A stretch of DNA of 63,978 nucleotides, filler included, from Reticulomyxa filosa (GCA_000512085.1; 25 parts of 25 records of this genome joined end to end with filler, not necessarily neighbours in it); one strand, 5' to 3'; shown: positions 10,471-25,410, counted from the whole stretch's first letter. The notes: generated from the letters alone by a model not told the origin. Numbers and translations: made by a program.

Positions 10471-13400
10471 NNNNNNNNNNNNNNNNNNNNNNNNNNNNNN
10501 NNNNNNNNNNNNNNTTAATTAATTAANNNNNNNNNNNNNNNNNNNNNNNNNNNNNNNNNNNNNNNNNNNNCTATTCAAATATGGAACTAGCTACAATCAT
10601 TTCTTTTTTTTTTTTAACTGAGATTCTCTCATATAAGTATTTACATAAAAAAAACCTTCTGATCGTTTATGTTAATCATCTGTTCACTCGAAACATTTAT
10701 ATTGGCTTGTATATTCTGCTTCGATATCGGCATTCATCTCTTTGACGAGTTTAAAGGTGTAGCATTGAGTTGCTAAGACTGTGCAACAATTTTGTAAAGT
10801 AAACTCGAAGCTTCGAACAAAAAGAAAACAGAACAATTGCCACATAACTCATTTACTTGATTTTTCCACTTTCACTTTACTCGCATGAATAATATGTCTT
10901 TGTTCGTGTCCAAGTTTTACTAACTTAAAGACAACAGGAGTGAAAAGTAAAAAGTATTATCGATTATTCTTCTGTTCACTTTTTTTTATGTCGTATGTTT
11001 TTAAAAATGGTTACATTTGATGAACATCAGCATATTTTACCTCGTAATTAAATAAATAGAATAAAAAAGTAGCCAGTCAAAACCAAAAGAAAAATATAAG
11101 TGAACAGAAAAGGATAAAGATGAAAGAAAAAACATCAAGGAACAGTCTGACGGCAACAAAATAGAAACTATACCTAAATTTCTCAGATTATCGACAAAAA
11201 TGCAGTCAACAGAAGAACTTGCCTATTATGACTATCAAATAAAATGGATAGCGGAATTTGGTAACATTTATGAATACTTCAGCCCATTGAGCGAAGGAAA
11301 TTCCAAAAAATTTGTCTATGCTATGAAAAAGAATTGAAAAAAAAATATGGCGAAGATCAATCAAAGCAAGAGTTGGAATTGAGCAAAGAATTTTTGAAAA
11401 AATCAAATGAAAGAATGGATAATGATAATCCATTGTCATGTGTTATAGAAAAGTGTTTTAAAAGGAAGTATTGTCAGAAAAGTAAAGCCAGTTCAATATG
11501 ACATTTTTATTTGGTGATTTTATCTCACAAAGCTCAAAACCCCGATCATTTAAAGTTGAAACAAGCAACGCAAAAAAACAATGAATTTGATTTCGTGGTA
11601 ATGAAGAATTTGTATTCACGTATGGATTGGCCAAAAATGAAATAGTGTTGGTGTCCGATTCCTTACTAGTGGAAGAAACCGGAAAAGGGGAAAAATACAA
11701 TGATAACGACAAAAATGTAAGCAAACAATATGTGTGGAGTAAATAATACAATTAAAGTTGTATCACCGAAATTTTCTTATCTTCAATAAAAAAAATAGAT
11801 AAAAAAAAGTGCACAATACATATCAAATTAACATTTGTGTATAAAAATTCGATAACCAGAAATGAGTAAAGAATTCGAACAAAAAAGCCAAGCAAATTAT
11901 AGTACATATAGTACATATAGTACATATTGGACAAATTTGGATCCAAACCAGAGTTTTATTCACAGCACAAATTCTATATCTTATCCCCTTTCGTCTAATC
12001 ACCTTCTTTCAAAGTTGTGACATCTTCTTTATAAGCTGCGATAATCTTTGATTCATCAATCCCTTTTTTTTTCAAAAATTATACTCGTTTCTGTTCTGCT
12101 TTTCGAATCAACACCAAAACTTTCACAAATATGATTATTATCGTCTTGCTCTTTTTCAGTATTATTTNNNNNNNNNNNNNNNNNNNNNNNNNNNNNNNNN
12201 NNNNNNNNNNNTTAATTAATTAANNNNNNNNNNNNNNNNNNNNNNNNNNNNNNNNNNNNNNNNNNNNAAATCTTTTGGGCGGATAGTAAAGACAATGATT
12301 CACAAAAAGGACCATTTAATACTACTGAAGAACTTTGTAACAAATTCGAAATAGAATGTAAAAAAATAAAAACAAACATTGTAAAACCTTAATAAATCGG
12401 TGTCAAAGAAAATACAGGTTAAAAAAGCCAAAAGAGATATAACACGTTGGTAAATTTTAAAAAACAAATCTTATCATAATCAGGGAACCACAAAAAATTT
12501 TTTTAAAGTAAATGAAAGATTAAAATTTTTTGAAAAAATTATAAAGACTTAATAAAAAACCAAAATGATATTTAAAAACTACAAGATTTGTACATATTTT
12601 TTAAAAAATTTGATTAAATGTTGTTTTTTCATAGAGAAACACAATAACTTCTATGATGTTGCATTTTAGATGTCAACTTTCTTTTTTATCCTACTGTATT
12701 ATTATTGTGGTTATATTTATTATTATATTTGTGTTAACAATGTCGAATTAATTAGTTTGACACAAGCTTTAATCAATATTATTGTAATTATTATTATCAA
12801 ATTACAATTGTATAAAAATGATATATAAGTCAGATCATTGAACTGCTAATCAAAGATAATATTATAGAAAAAACCTTGATGCAATTACAATTTAACGATA
12901 CTGATCCAATGTTGTGTATTGGTGTCTGTCGCTTGTACTTGCGACATCCGATATGTATTTACTCTTCAAGATGTGTATTCTGTTGTCAATCACAAGAAAA
13001 TAGCCAAACTACAAAAAATTGAATTTTTTTTATAAATAAAAAAACACACAAAAACTTATAAATACAAATAAATCCACTTATATGCATATCTTTCTACAAT
13101 TTGAAGATCATAAAATCGACTGTTGAAGTGTTCGAAGCGAAGACACAAATTAAATAGCATGACATCTTGATCTTCTTTTTGATCGGTAGCTTATTAGACA
13201 ATCAGCATCGATTTTGGCGAGTAGAATGACTGTCTCGATGTTTTGCTGTTTGGAAAAAAGTGGGTTCTTGTAACTGTTTTGTCGCCTTGTACGTGTTATC
13301 ATTACTATAGTCTTTGTCGTCATCACACACAAAAGTCCACTGTTACTGAAGCGATGACCACTTTGTGCTTGGATGACGATACTTTTTCTATTTCTAGTCG

Positions 13401-14740
13401 CTTTAATTGATTACATTACTTGTTACGTATAGTCAAGAAATATATAATTGCGTTATCAGTAGCAACGCTGATGAACTTGTATTATCAGTCGCCTTGTTCA
13501 ATATAGATACACGTGTTTCGTTAAATTATTACTATATTTTATGTATTCATTTATTTCGTAATAACAAATAAATAAACAGAATATGAAATGTAAGAAAAAT
13601 CAATTATAATATGTATATTGTTATTTTCCAATTCAAAAGCAAAAGGCTTAAGTGCTGTCATTATTTTTATCTAAATGACAACAACAACAATTGAGACCGT
13701 ACTAATTCCATCATCAAATCGTTAAGATGTGTATACGTGTACCTGCAAACATCAATTGCCAAGTGATTGTTCATCAGTCTCTTCACATGACGACACATAC
13801 ACGATCTCAAAATCATTATCAAATAATAGTATTTGTTTCACGGCAACAGTCTCTAAGTTGGAGCTCAACAACATCTTCTTGTTTGTCATCACAACGCATG
13901 GTAATGTCATAATTAAATTTAGCACTATCAATGTATCACTTTCTTGTGCTGCTTCACCTGTTTTGACTACTTCTTCATTTTGTAATAGTCAATTTCTATC
14001 CTTGATTCAATCAATCCAAAATCAAATATCGAGTCAGCATAATGTTATTCTTTCTCAATTATTTTACATTTTTGTGTGCTGTATTATTATATATGATAAT
14101 CTTTCTTCAAAATTTTAATATAATAAAAGAGGTGCGATTTATCCACTGTCTTGCATTCCGAATACTCCTTTGGTTATTTCGAACACGAAGACATCATTGA
14201 ATGCCCACAAACGATCTCCAATTCTATTTCTTCTTCGGCTTGCAGCGATTCCAAGGTAGGATTTTGTAAATTTATCTATCTTTTTCTCTTCTGATTTTGT
14301 TGTGATATCCCAAAATTTATTGATATCTGCAAAAAAAGCAATTAGAATTTAGTATCTTCTTGGCACAATGACAATTGTATTTTTAATATATTTCAAGTTC
14401 AAAAGAACATCCATCGTAAAAAAAATCAAAAACAATAATACTAACTCAATCAAAAAATTCTCAATATGCTGTCCTATTTTCCATCAGTCGTGTCTTTGAA
14501 CAATCATGACTATGCTTACGTAATTAACTTGACTGCATCTTGTAAAAAGAGTGCACTCTAGAAGGCCACAATTGCTTGATATCGATAATCACAAGAATCA
14601 AAAATGATGGAATATTGAATTGATTTTTTTTTTTCCACAAACGAGGCAGACTTATCGAAATTACAGAAAACAAAAACAGAGAAAAGGAAAGAACCAACAA
14701 AACAACAAAACACGTGTTATGAAAGTGACAAATTATAAAA

Positions 14741-15410
14741 TCAGAACAATTGGTTGCCAGGATAGTTGTTTAGCACAACATATGGATTTGAAGGTACATT
14801 CGAATGAAATGATGTATTTGCGTTCACACTTTCATTTACATGCCCAAAGTTAGCATTCACGTTTGTTATTGTCTGCTGGTTCTGTACAGGGTTCAAACTT
14901 GGTGGTAACTGGGTCATAAAAGCGGCAGAAGCTTTTTTTTTTTTTTTGACAACAACAAAAATCCTCATTGTTTAATTTTCCAAAAAGACAAAAAAAAAAG
15001 ATAGTGAAGAGAAAAAAAAAAGTTTCATCAAAAATTTTAATTATTTTGCACGGTACCTTTGTTGTCCATTTGATGTAATAACGGTTGCTTTTTGTACATG
15101 GACAAGATGGTATCTTTAGAACTTGTGGGTGTTGGTTCGTCGAGAAGATTGACCGTTGCAGTGATAGGCAATCCTTTTTTTTCGGTTGTCAAAGGTTTCG
15201 CCGTGGGCTTGCTTGGGATCAATCATTCTAAATGAAAATTCGCTTGCACCAGTGACCACCGAAGGGTGTTTGGTTCCCATTACGTGTGACGTTTTCATCG
15301 TCGTTGTAGTTGTTTTTGTCGTTGTTGTTCCTGTTGCTGTTGTTGATGGACTACTGTCAAACATTAACAAATCCTGTGGCGCACTATTGTTCGCCAGTAC
15401 ATGACGAGGA
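14741..15410 (-). CDS. Low-complexity C-terminal exons of an unknown protein (possibly ArfGAP/SMAP-like tail)
   Basis: APQDLLMFD, NLLDEP and SSKDTILSMY resemble the KDSILSLY-type motif of SMAP/AGD ArfGAP tails. Frame break near 15225. Confidence 0.3.
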
Positions 15411-16232
15411 AGTAAATCAGGAACTTCCTTCCAACATTTTTTTTTTTTTTAAATTTGAAATAAAAAAAAAATTATATATGTATTTTATACATACATAGTT
15501 TTTGTTTTTTTTTATTATTATTTTCTTTGCAAACAAATAAAAAAAAAAAAAAAAAANNNNNNNNNNNNNNNNNNNNNNNNNNNNNNNNNNNNNNNNNNNN
15601 TTAATTAATTAANNNNNNNNNNNNNNNNNNNNNNNNNNNNNNNNNNNNNNNNNNNNGTGATTATGTTTGTCTGCCACAATCGACAAGTCATTCTTGTCGA
15701 TTTTCATAACATATTTTTGTGACAAGCTTGTCGAAATCATGCCATATCCAAATTTGATATGTAACTTTCGATTCGATTTTAATTTTTCAATAAAATGTAA
15801 CTTTTGTAACTGTAAAGACAAATAAATTTTACAATGTTACATTTCTTCAGAGTTTAAATGCTATTCAAAAATAGAATAGGGTATCTTGTGTGTGCACACT
15901 ACAAAAATGTTTTGAGTTTAAAGCGATAAGCTTTAAATTACTAGTAAATTTATTAATGAATTAAAGGAGTGACACACACGCAATAAAAAACGTTCAGTTC
16001 CAAGCTTTAAAAAAGGAACATGACAAGGAACCAGCTACAAAAAAACTACAAAAATTTCTGACCCATTCATCAATAGACTGAATTGAGTCACAAACAATTT
16101 CAGAGGACAATGGAAAACGAAAAGTAAACGCATTAACTTTTTTTTTTTTTAAAGATAACGATAAAACGAATAGATTAAATAAAATAAAATAAAATAAAAT
16201 AAAGTTAGTTGGAATGTTGAAATCTAATTTTT

Positions 16233-16724
16233 TCAAAGGAAGCCGACCCGACTGAAAGTGATTTGTTCTTGTTGATGAGGTCTTAGATGTGGAATGGCCT
16301 TATGCAATTGAACAACACATCGAAGAACGAACAAATCAATGAAAATCATTAACACGGATAAAATGATGGAAACAACATTGTGTCTATCAAAATAAATGAA
16401 CGCCGCACGCACAGCAATTTGCAAAAGGAGACAGATCATATAAGCAACCAAGTATGGTCGTTTCAATATTTTGGCCCCGTAATAACCCGCCAATGCCAAC
16501 GCCGCCATGATGAAGAATAAAAATGACAATGTCAATCCAAACAACAACAAAATCAAAAAATCGAGAACTGCAAATATACGCACAAAGCGCGACAATTTGG
16601 CCATTTGCAATACATTTACATCTGTCGATCTAATGTTCAAATGTCCTACTTGATTATTCTCATCATTATATCCATCATACATATGTGCACTGGCTTCCTG
16701 TCCTTCGACGTTATTTCTTTTCCC
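16233..16724 (-). CDS. Four-TM membrane protein, 5' partial
   Basis: The ORF is open to the contig end and contains four hydrophobic segments with a LAGYYGAK motif. Confidence 0.65.
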   Translation of the reverse strand, partial: GKRNNVEGQEASAHMYDGYNDENNQVGHLNIRSTDVNVLQMAKLSRFVRIFAVLDFLILLLFGLTLSFLFFIMAALALAGYYGAKILKRPYLVAYMICLLLQIAVRAAFIYFDRHNVVSIILSVLMIFIDLFVLRCVVQLHKAIPHLRPHQQEQITFSRVGFL

Positions 16725-16953
16725 NNNNNNNNNNNNNNNNNNNNNNNNNNNNNNNNNNNNNNNNNNNNTTAATTAATTAANNNNNNNNNNNNNNNNNNNN
16801 NNNNNNNNNNNNNNNNNNNNNNNNGCAGTGAAACTAAATTTACAATTGTGAACAGAAAACACACTATCCATCAAAACGACAGTGTTTTAAAGTACTAAAA
16901 AAACTAAGGAGTGCTATTTTTATTCCCTTTCTTTCTTCAGAGATTTGGGTTTG

Positions 16954-18181
16954 TTAATCAGCTGTTGCAATAATGTTGTGCAACTGTCGAAAGGAGGAGG
17001 TGAAGTTCATCCAGTGGCGATGCACACAGTCGATGCCTTCTATCAAAGGCTTTACAGTTAACGGCGACTGGCTGTCGTTGTTAATGTTGGGCCTTTCTTC
17101 CATCAATCCTAACGTTTTCAACTTTTTCATTGAGTCATTGACTTCAACGTTGATGTTGGTACCAAACTTGTCCTTCAGCATTTGTTCGCAGTATTTATCG
17201 ACGTCCTCTGGCGTCTTCAGCGCGCCTTTATCTTTCTACGTATACCCCCCCCTCCATTTGTGTGCTCCCTCCATCTGAACAAAGTAACGTACACACACAC
17301 ATGCACAATAATGCAAAGATATACGTAACATCCTGAAGCAAAGCAAAATACGCAATGACCGTTTCCAAGAGGTCTTGGCTATTGCACGAGTCGATGAGTT
17401 GTAACAAAGCCGACAAATCGCAGGCAAGTTTGGAATGAAACAGCGTCTCATTCAACACTGCATGATAGAGTGTCTCTTGTGTCTAACCGAAACAAATTGC
17501 ACGTTTTTGCATTGATTAAGCCAATTAAAAAAAAAAAAAACTAAACTCGGTACCATGTGACAGCACGAAAGACCAGAGCGGCACACCAACAAGAACGGCG
17601 TGATGCCATAACGTGCCCGAATGACTGATAAATGTCTCTTTAATGAGATAGTACATGCCGAGGACGATACCATGATGATGTAAATGCGGTCGAATGTTTT
17701 CAAAAACAGTCGTTTGCAAGGAAACAAGGTCTCTAAGTCGGCCATCGGTACATCTCGGTAGTATGTACACGAATCGGTTCAAAATATCTCTATTTACATG
17801 CACACAACATATACGTACATATATGTATGTGTACGTATATAATTAATAAAAGAATAGAACATAACCTCATCTTGGCTTGTAATGGGAGAAGTGGCTGGAC
17901 TCTGAAATTTAACTTCACTCTGTTGTTTTTTAAGGTCATTTTGCAATGAGCTGCCGTTCTTTGCTTGTTGCTGCTGCTGCTGCACGTTAATTTTCTCGGT
18001 ATTTGAAGTGTCATCGGACGCTTGTTTATTTTCTTTTTCAAGACTCTCATCGTTATCGTTATTATTATTATCGCTATTGTCATTCGCGCTGGCATCGTGA
18101 GCTTGTTTGCCAGTGGAAGGGCTTTTTTCTTTCATTTTTCTTTAGTTGCTGTTTGACAGTGGAGCGTACTTTCCGCGACAA
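16954..18181 (-). CDS. DUF3754/TMEM143-like protein, 3' part, with frameshifts
   Basis: DVPMADLETLFP, LNETLFHSKLA...LLQLIDSCNSQDLLETVIAYFALL and DVDKYCEQMLKDKFGTNINVEVNDSMKKLKTLGL match the DUF3754 pattern. Several 1-nt frame breaks at ~17580-17765. Confidence 0.7.
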
Positions 18182-20740
18182 NNNNNNNNNNNNNNNNNNN
18201 NNNNNNNNNNNNNNNNNNNNNNNNNTTAATTAATTAANNNNNNNNNNNNNNNNNNNNNNNNNNNNNNNNNNNNNNNNNNNNTAAATGTCACTTTGATTGA
18301 AAATAGTTGAATTACAACTGTTTCTTTATTTAAAAAATACAACAAAGATAGAATTTAGTCAGCACTATGAAACAAATTTCCACTTGATGCCTCTTTAAAA
18401 TATATTAGCATTATAAAAGATGAAATGTAAATAGAAATAAACGTTAAAAATACTTGATCATTGGACAATATTCTGCAAAAAAAATTTACAGCTTTTTGAT
18501 ATTTACAACGAAACTTGTTCATGTTAAAAACAATTAAATAATTTTTAAATTGTGTGCACCTGTTCTTTTTTTTAAGTTGGAGAAATACGATTATTTTCAT
18601 AGCCGACATCCCCAAGCTTTCATACGCTTGAATACCAAAACTTTGATCAACAGGTAAGTACTCACAATGTCTTATAATACATAATGTATTTGCAGCAAAC
18701 GAGAATTCTCATAACTGTATTGGTATTTTCAAGGAAGTATATATTAATTTGCATACAAAAACATTTGATTCTAGTATCAAAATAACAAAAGAACCTTTTA
18801 GTGATAGTCAATCAAGCAACAAAATTTCTTTGACTGCAGGCAGCCAAGACAATAAAGCAAATGTGTTCACAAGAGGTAACACAATATATTTTCAAAGCAG
18901 ATTTATCACCAAGATCATAATTAGTAAAATGACTATCATTGTGATATATTATTAACATGTATGTATTTCATTCAGTAAAGCATTAAAATAATCTTGCAAA
19001 CTTATATTAGTCATATACAAAACGCATTCTTATCCTTTGCAAACTATTATTACAACTCATGATAACCCAACTTTGATCAACACGTATTCTAAGCTTCAAC
19101 ATTATGTTCATTCTTCTTATAATACTCATTAGCGACGTAGCCATGTAGTAATGAAGTCGAAATTAGTCTAGTCATAGATAGCATCATTTCTTCTAGCGAA
19201 TCATCTTTCGAGTAAACTAACGATAATTATACTGCAAATATAATTCCAATGCTATTTTATTGCACAATCTATAGTTACTACACACTATGTTGCACATTTT
19301 TTGCAATTATTCTTACTGATTCGATGAAGAGTTATTCCATTCTTATTTAATGTCTATCACGCAGCATAATATGATTACATTAATCATCGTAGCAGTAATA
19401 TCCATAGAAAGTTTTAAAATGCTGCATTATATTGGAATTAACTTCAATAAGTGCAAATTGTTTGCCAAATTTCACAATACAATGCTATTATGTACAAAGA
19501 TTCAGAACATTTTCCATGGTGAATATAATGATTATAGAAAAATTTCTACGCGATAAATAAATATTATCAATTTAAAAGTAATAAATACATAAAGAATTTT
19601 GAAGATGAATAGATCTTTTACTTATCCTTTACGGAATTAATATGCTGAAATAAACTGTCATTTTCATAATCTAAACAATAAACACTGTCCAGCGCTTCAT
19701 CTTTTAATATTTCTTTATAAATTTTATAATTTCATTATTTATCTTGCTGGCATGCCTAACATCTTTTGAACCAAACAAGCGCAAATTATAATATTGCCTT
19801 TACAAAATCTTAATCTTTTGATTTTGGCATTACTTTCTAAGTTTTGGTTTGATAATTCTTTAAAGTATTTGTTTCAATCACTTACGCACAAATTTATTTT
19901 TGTTCCACCTAAAAAGACATCATTTTTTACAATCTGATCTTTGTACACTCTTATAGATTCAAAGCTATCAATATAACTATGTTCTAATTTTAGTTTCTTA
20001 GTATTTGCAATAAAATAATTTCAAAAAGTCAATTTTAAAATTACAACTAAAAATAAAAACAAAACAAAAACACAAATCAAACAAATTTAAAAATTTTTTT
20101 TTATTTAAAATAACAATATTTGTATATATTTTAAAAAATTAAGTTTATTTTTCATTGAAAAAATCTATTCTCTTCATAATGGTTCCATTTATGTATGTCA
20201 GTTTTTTTTTGCAACATAATGTAATTTATTGTTTTCTTCTACTATGAAATAATTATCAATTTTATTTTAATTGAATTTATATATGTATTATTGATTTATC
20301 TTATTTTGCTTTCTGGCTATTCTTTATTTTCATTGTTTATACAACTATTAATTTTATAAACCTCTTTTCATATTCTTTTTTAGATTTTCTAAGCCACTTG
20401 TTTTATTGATTCTTATTTTTTTTTATTTGTTGATTTAATCAAATAAATAGTATCTGTATACATAAATCGTTTTGATTATATCATTATTAAAATGAATTTT
20501 TTTAGATTCAATTAGAAAATATTGCAGTCTTATAGAAAGTGTTTTGTGTTGCTTTGTAAATATCCATTTGAAAATAGTTACCATATTTTAAATTAAAAAC
20601 ATAATCCAAATCAGATATAAATGAAAATCTTGTGTTAATAATTTTTTTTTCTGAAAAAAAATCCGAAAAATCTTTAGTTTGAAAAAAAAATGCTTACAAA
20701 AAAACCATCATATAAAGGAAAAAAAAGAATGTGTATGTTG

Positions 20741-23553
20741 TCACAAAAATGTTTCTTCATTTAGATCGATATCATTTGTCATTTTATCACCTTCTGTGTC
20801 ATTAATTGTATTCCATGTCATATTTTCAGTATTTGATTTTCCTGTACCTACTGAAGCGATCTGATTTTCTTTGGAACTAACAAGCCAATCAATTCTTGAT
20901 AAAAATAAATGACGGTCAATAACTCGATCTCCTACAGCTAATGATGCAACATAACTAGTAGCAATATCTTTTTCAGTGGTATCATTCATATTGATAGTTT
21001 TTCTTGTCAAATGTCGCTCAGCGCATTTATTACATCCACAACATGAAAATCCAATAAAAGCACATAAATTTGATATTGTTGCTTCCAACACTAATCCATG
21101 TTTAAATGACCATACGCGTAAGAAAGTCAAAAAGAATATAGTCAATGGTTGCCACACCAAGATAGACCATAATAATGATACTGCTACGCTAATTAACCAT
21201 CGTTCTGAAGTCTTTTATAAAAATGTGACAATAGAAGCGATATTGCTTTAACAAAAACATAAAAAAAGAAAAAGAGTCTACCTGAAAGACCATCTGCAAT
21301 GTTGTCTGAATGTTTATTCCTATTAAGAGATAATTCATTTGCCAATTCATTTGCTATTGCTATTCACAATTATCAAAACAACACAATGACAATAATAGTT
21401 TATTGTAGAATTCACAATGTCTGTAACAAAAAACTAACCACTGGCAATGTTATATTTCACATTCGTTTGACTACATGGATATCTCTTGTCTAATTCTTGC
21501 TGATTAGCTTCATACGTCAAGTCAAATTGAATTCCTTTTCTTTTTTTTTTTGTAAAAAAAAGAGTTTCATTTATCAGAATTTTGGATACATCCAATGTGC
21601 ACATATATGTTTATATGGAAACATAACATAATTACAATAGCAGCGCAAGTTAACCAGAGAGCACCCACTGCTCCCCAAGAAAACTGCTTACACCAATGTG
21701 GAAAAGGATACTCATAATTGAATAGTTTTCTTCGCAATGCATCGACTACTTCTTTGTGAGTCTTTCGTTCATCCATTCACAAAGATCATTTATATATTAA
21801 TGTATGTATCGTAAGCGTACAAACAATTTTTTTTTCAAAGCAAAACTTGCTCATCGAGTCTTGAAGCAGTAATGGCATCATCAGCCAAACCGATATCAAC
21901 CAAGTTATCAGATTTGAGGACAGTATCAATTTTTCTCTGATTACCTCCAACTTTCTTAAATCGATTTGCAAAAGGACTCACTAGCAAGGACAGTTTTTGA
22001 GCAGTGTTGGGTGAAGTAGGTTTATCCGTCTGTTGGCCCAATTCACCCAATTCTACTGTCGGTTTTGTTTCTTCTTTGGCTGCATTGCTATCTGAAATCT
22101 CCCTAGCCAATTCAATCGTCAAATGACAAACTTTGATTAGGGTATATTACAACAGCCAAGCAAACAAAAAAAGAGATTGCAACCTTTCAATTTCCTTTGG
22201 CTTGCTCCAAGAAAAGAGTATCCTGACAAGGAAGACAGGGACCGTAGATGCTAAAGACACAACGAGTGTGGCAGTGATTTCACCAAAGTAGGGTTTTTCA
22301 GAGCCATAATACAATGCATCTGCGGCAAGTAATGAGAGCATATACACTGCAAATACCGCCATTCGCTGTTTATCAGAAAAGTTTGTCCCTTGCGAACGCC
22401 CACACAAGGAAAACACAGAATGCTCGGAGCCAAGGTATAATACGTACAATGAACAAATAAACCCACACGTAGATTTCCTGTCTGCCAAGTATTGATTCAT
22501 TTGTAATGCCTCTTTGCCACTTATGTCCTTTCCTAACCTCTCATCACGCACGTCTCTATCACAAATCATACATATCATTGTCTTTTTTTTTTGTAATAGA
22601 CTACTCTAACCTTTCGACAATATTTGGAAATGCTAAAAACGGTCGATCTATCGTGTTGGGAAGAATAAAGCAAAGAACGAAAAACACCACCACTGTTGTC
22701 AATACTACAATGGATGGCACTGGGTGCTTTACGATGTTATGAAAAGTGACATGTCTATATTTTTCAACCCACATTCCAACAAATAAATAAACAATGTATT
22801 TTTTCTTTTTTTTTTTAATGAAAAACAAGTTGTCACACCTGACTTGGGTTTGGGTAATGCCGCTCGTTTTCGGATCAAACTCGGAGGATTTGACTTGAAA
22901 GGTGGTAAAATGTTTGCATGCACAAGTGACATATGAACTTGTATAATTGTGCACGATGCAATCACTTTCATTCCATTGCAGCTGTTTCAATTTCCCCCCC
23001 CGTGTATAAGAGTGCATTTCTAATATATTATTCGTATACGTTATGAAAGTGCAATAGTCAATCTTACCTTTTGTTCGGCCCAAAATGTGCAGGATGGAAA
23101 TGGATTAATTACGTCGTCTTGAAACGTTTTGGAATAAATATTATTTTGCAAAGGGACTTGAATAAAGTGTGGAGAGCATAAGTCCACGTTACTGTTTGCT
23201 TTCTCACCATCCGTTGTCTATTTTTTTTTTTGACATACAAAATAAAAATAAAAAGAGTTTGCATTCGTCTAACGAAAACAACATATATGTTACATATTAA
23301 CAAATTCGCATGCAAAACAAAAAGAAAAGAATAGACGATTAGAGAGAGAAAAAAAAAAAGAGTGAAAGAATCGAACAGTAAGTTGTCGCCGAGAGATTTC
23401 TTTTGTGAGTCGACGGGAAGTGGTACCACCGGAACAGTTGTTTGCGGCAATGTACAGATCAACCGTCACTGTGTCGCCAGGACTCTGACCATTGGAATAG
23501 ACTATATTCATTTTTATTGATTCCGATTATTTGATTAAACCGCTTTGATAAAG
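20741..23553 (-). CDS. GPS/GAIN-domain, polycystin-1/REJ-like multi-pass membrane protein, 3' part
   Basis: GPS motif QWNESDCIVHNYTSSYVTCACKHFTTF (~22898-22978) followed by a TM helix. PKD1-like motifs EHSVFSL...NFSDKQRMAVF...ALYYG and RWLISVAVSLLWSILVWQPL follow. Multi-exon. Confidence 0.75.
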
Positions 23554-23653
23554 NNNNNNNNNNNNNNNNNNNNNNNNNNNNNNNNNNNNNNNNNNNNTTA
23601 ATTAATTAANNNNNNNNNNNNNNNNNNNNNNNNNNNNNNNNNNNNNNNNNNNN

Positions 23654-24653
23654 CAAATGCGTTTTTTTCGTCGCTTCGGCACTTTTTTTTTTTTTTTGTT
23701 TTTTTTTGTTTTTTTTGCTCGGTGGACTCGTCTTTGCTGAGCGATTGGCTTTTTTTGTTGATTCGTGATTTGGGTTTTTTCGAAACAATTGAATTAGGCT
23801 GTTTTGTTTTTTTGTTTTTTTTAGTGTGTGTTCGTGGCTTGCATTGGAATTGATATTGGAATTGATATTGGAATTGATACTGAGATTGATATTAAGATTG
23901 GTATTGGCATTAACATTGATATTAGGCAAAGTTGATGGAATAGTCGTAGTAAAAGATTCTTGGTCTTGCGTGGCATGCTTCAATTGTTTGACTTGATACT
24001 TTTGTTGATACAATTCCAAGGATCGTCGATGCGCCGCAGTGATAACTTCGTAGTAATCTATTTTGTTTTTTTCTATTTCAAATTCATCTTCACTTTCATT
24101 CGAATCATCTTCGTCATTGTCGTGTCTCTCGCCATCCAATTCCGCTTGTTTTTCTTCGCTGTCGCTGTTGTGCAGACGTCCCATCCTTCTTTTGTTTGTC
24201 TGTTGCAATATACATATCCAATATTACCACCCCTTTGTGCGAACATGTACATGATATATACTTGTACATCACGCGTATGTATATATGTACAATAGAACAG
24301 AGTAGGAAAAATTAAACGTCTTGACGGAAAGACACGTGATCGGGATTCCATTCAAATGGACCTCGGGGATTGGGCAGGAAGTAGTGAATGGTTTGCAAGG
24401 GACAATTGCGAGAGTTGTTTTCAAAAATGAATGCGAGCAGTCCGTGATCGAATCTGTGAACGTGATAACACGTAATCAAATGGAAAAGTGAGTGTTTCAG
24501 CTTTGCTTTCGATTTGATTGTGTCGCCAATGGCAGTGGTATTTGCAATGGACGTATTTGTTGTGGTTAAAATGTCATCGAAAAACAAATGACAGGGAATA
24601 AGGAACAGCTTGCAATAATAAATGAGAAACAATCGACATTTTTCATCGACGTA
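23654..24653 (-). CDS. Internal fragment of a hypothetical protein
   Basis: Coding-like ORFs 24312-24632 and 23654-24208, separated by a TA-rich intron-like tract. Contains a short (NSNI)n repeat. Confidence 0.45.
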
Positions 24654-25410
24654 NNNNNNNNNNNNNNNNNNNNNNNNNNNNNNNNNNNNNNNNNNNNTTA
24701 ATTAATTAANNNNNNNNNNNNNNNNNNNNNNNNNNNNNNNNNNNNNNNNNNNNTAAAAAATATTGCTTCAAAACTATCAACTTATTAAAAAAGATTTTTG
24801 CGAAAAATTGCATAACAAATTGATGAAAAGAATAAATAAAAAAAGTTCTCGTTTTTTTTTACAGATATTCCAAAATTCAAACTTATTCAAAAAGTTATTA
24901 CACGTTTGGAGGCGTTTTTACAACAGCAAAAGAAAGAACTTGTTTTTACATCGTTAAAAATTTTATTGAATATCATAACTATATTATTCAGTTATTTGCA
25001 CAAGAAGAAAATTTGCTTTCAAAAATATATTTCATAAAACAAAAAGATAAATATCATTATCAAATGTCATTTTAGATTGGAAATTATATATTATTCTCAA
25101 TTATCAACAATTCCGATCGTCAAAAACTCATTTTATTATAGTTTAATATTTTGGAAAAATACATAAAAATATTTATTACAAGAAACTGGACCGACACTTA
25201 TTTTTAGTGCTTTTTTGCTTAATTTAAATACGTGCTACTTGTACAGCAATAAAGATCAAGTGATAAAGAGTATAGCGAATCAAACGAACTATTTTCATAA
25301 AAGAATATTCAATAACAACACAATGACAATTTAGTCAAGTAAAAGTCCGCACACGTATTTGTCACCCTTGATGTGCCAATCTGTTCCAATATTACGAGTT
25401 CGGACTGTCC

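Noticed and set aside
22290-22306. GGGTTTTTCAGAGCC resembling a histone 3' stem-loop
   Set aside because: The stem is imperfect, it lies antisense within a coding exon, and no histone gene is nearby.
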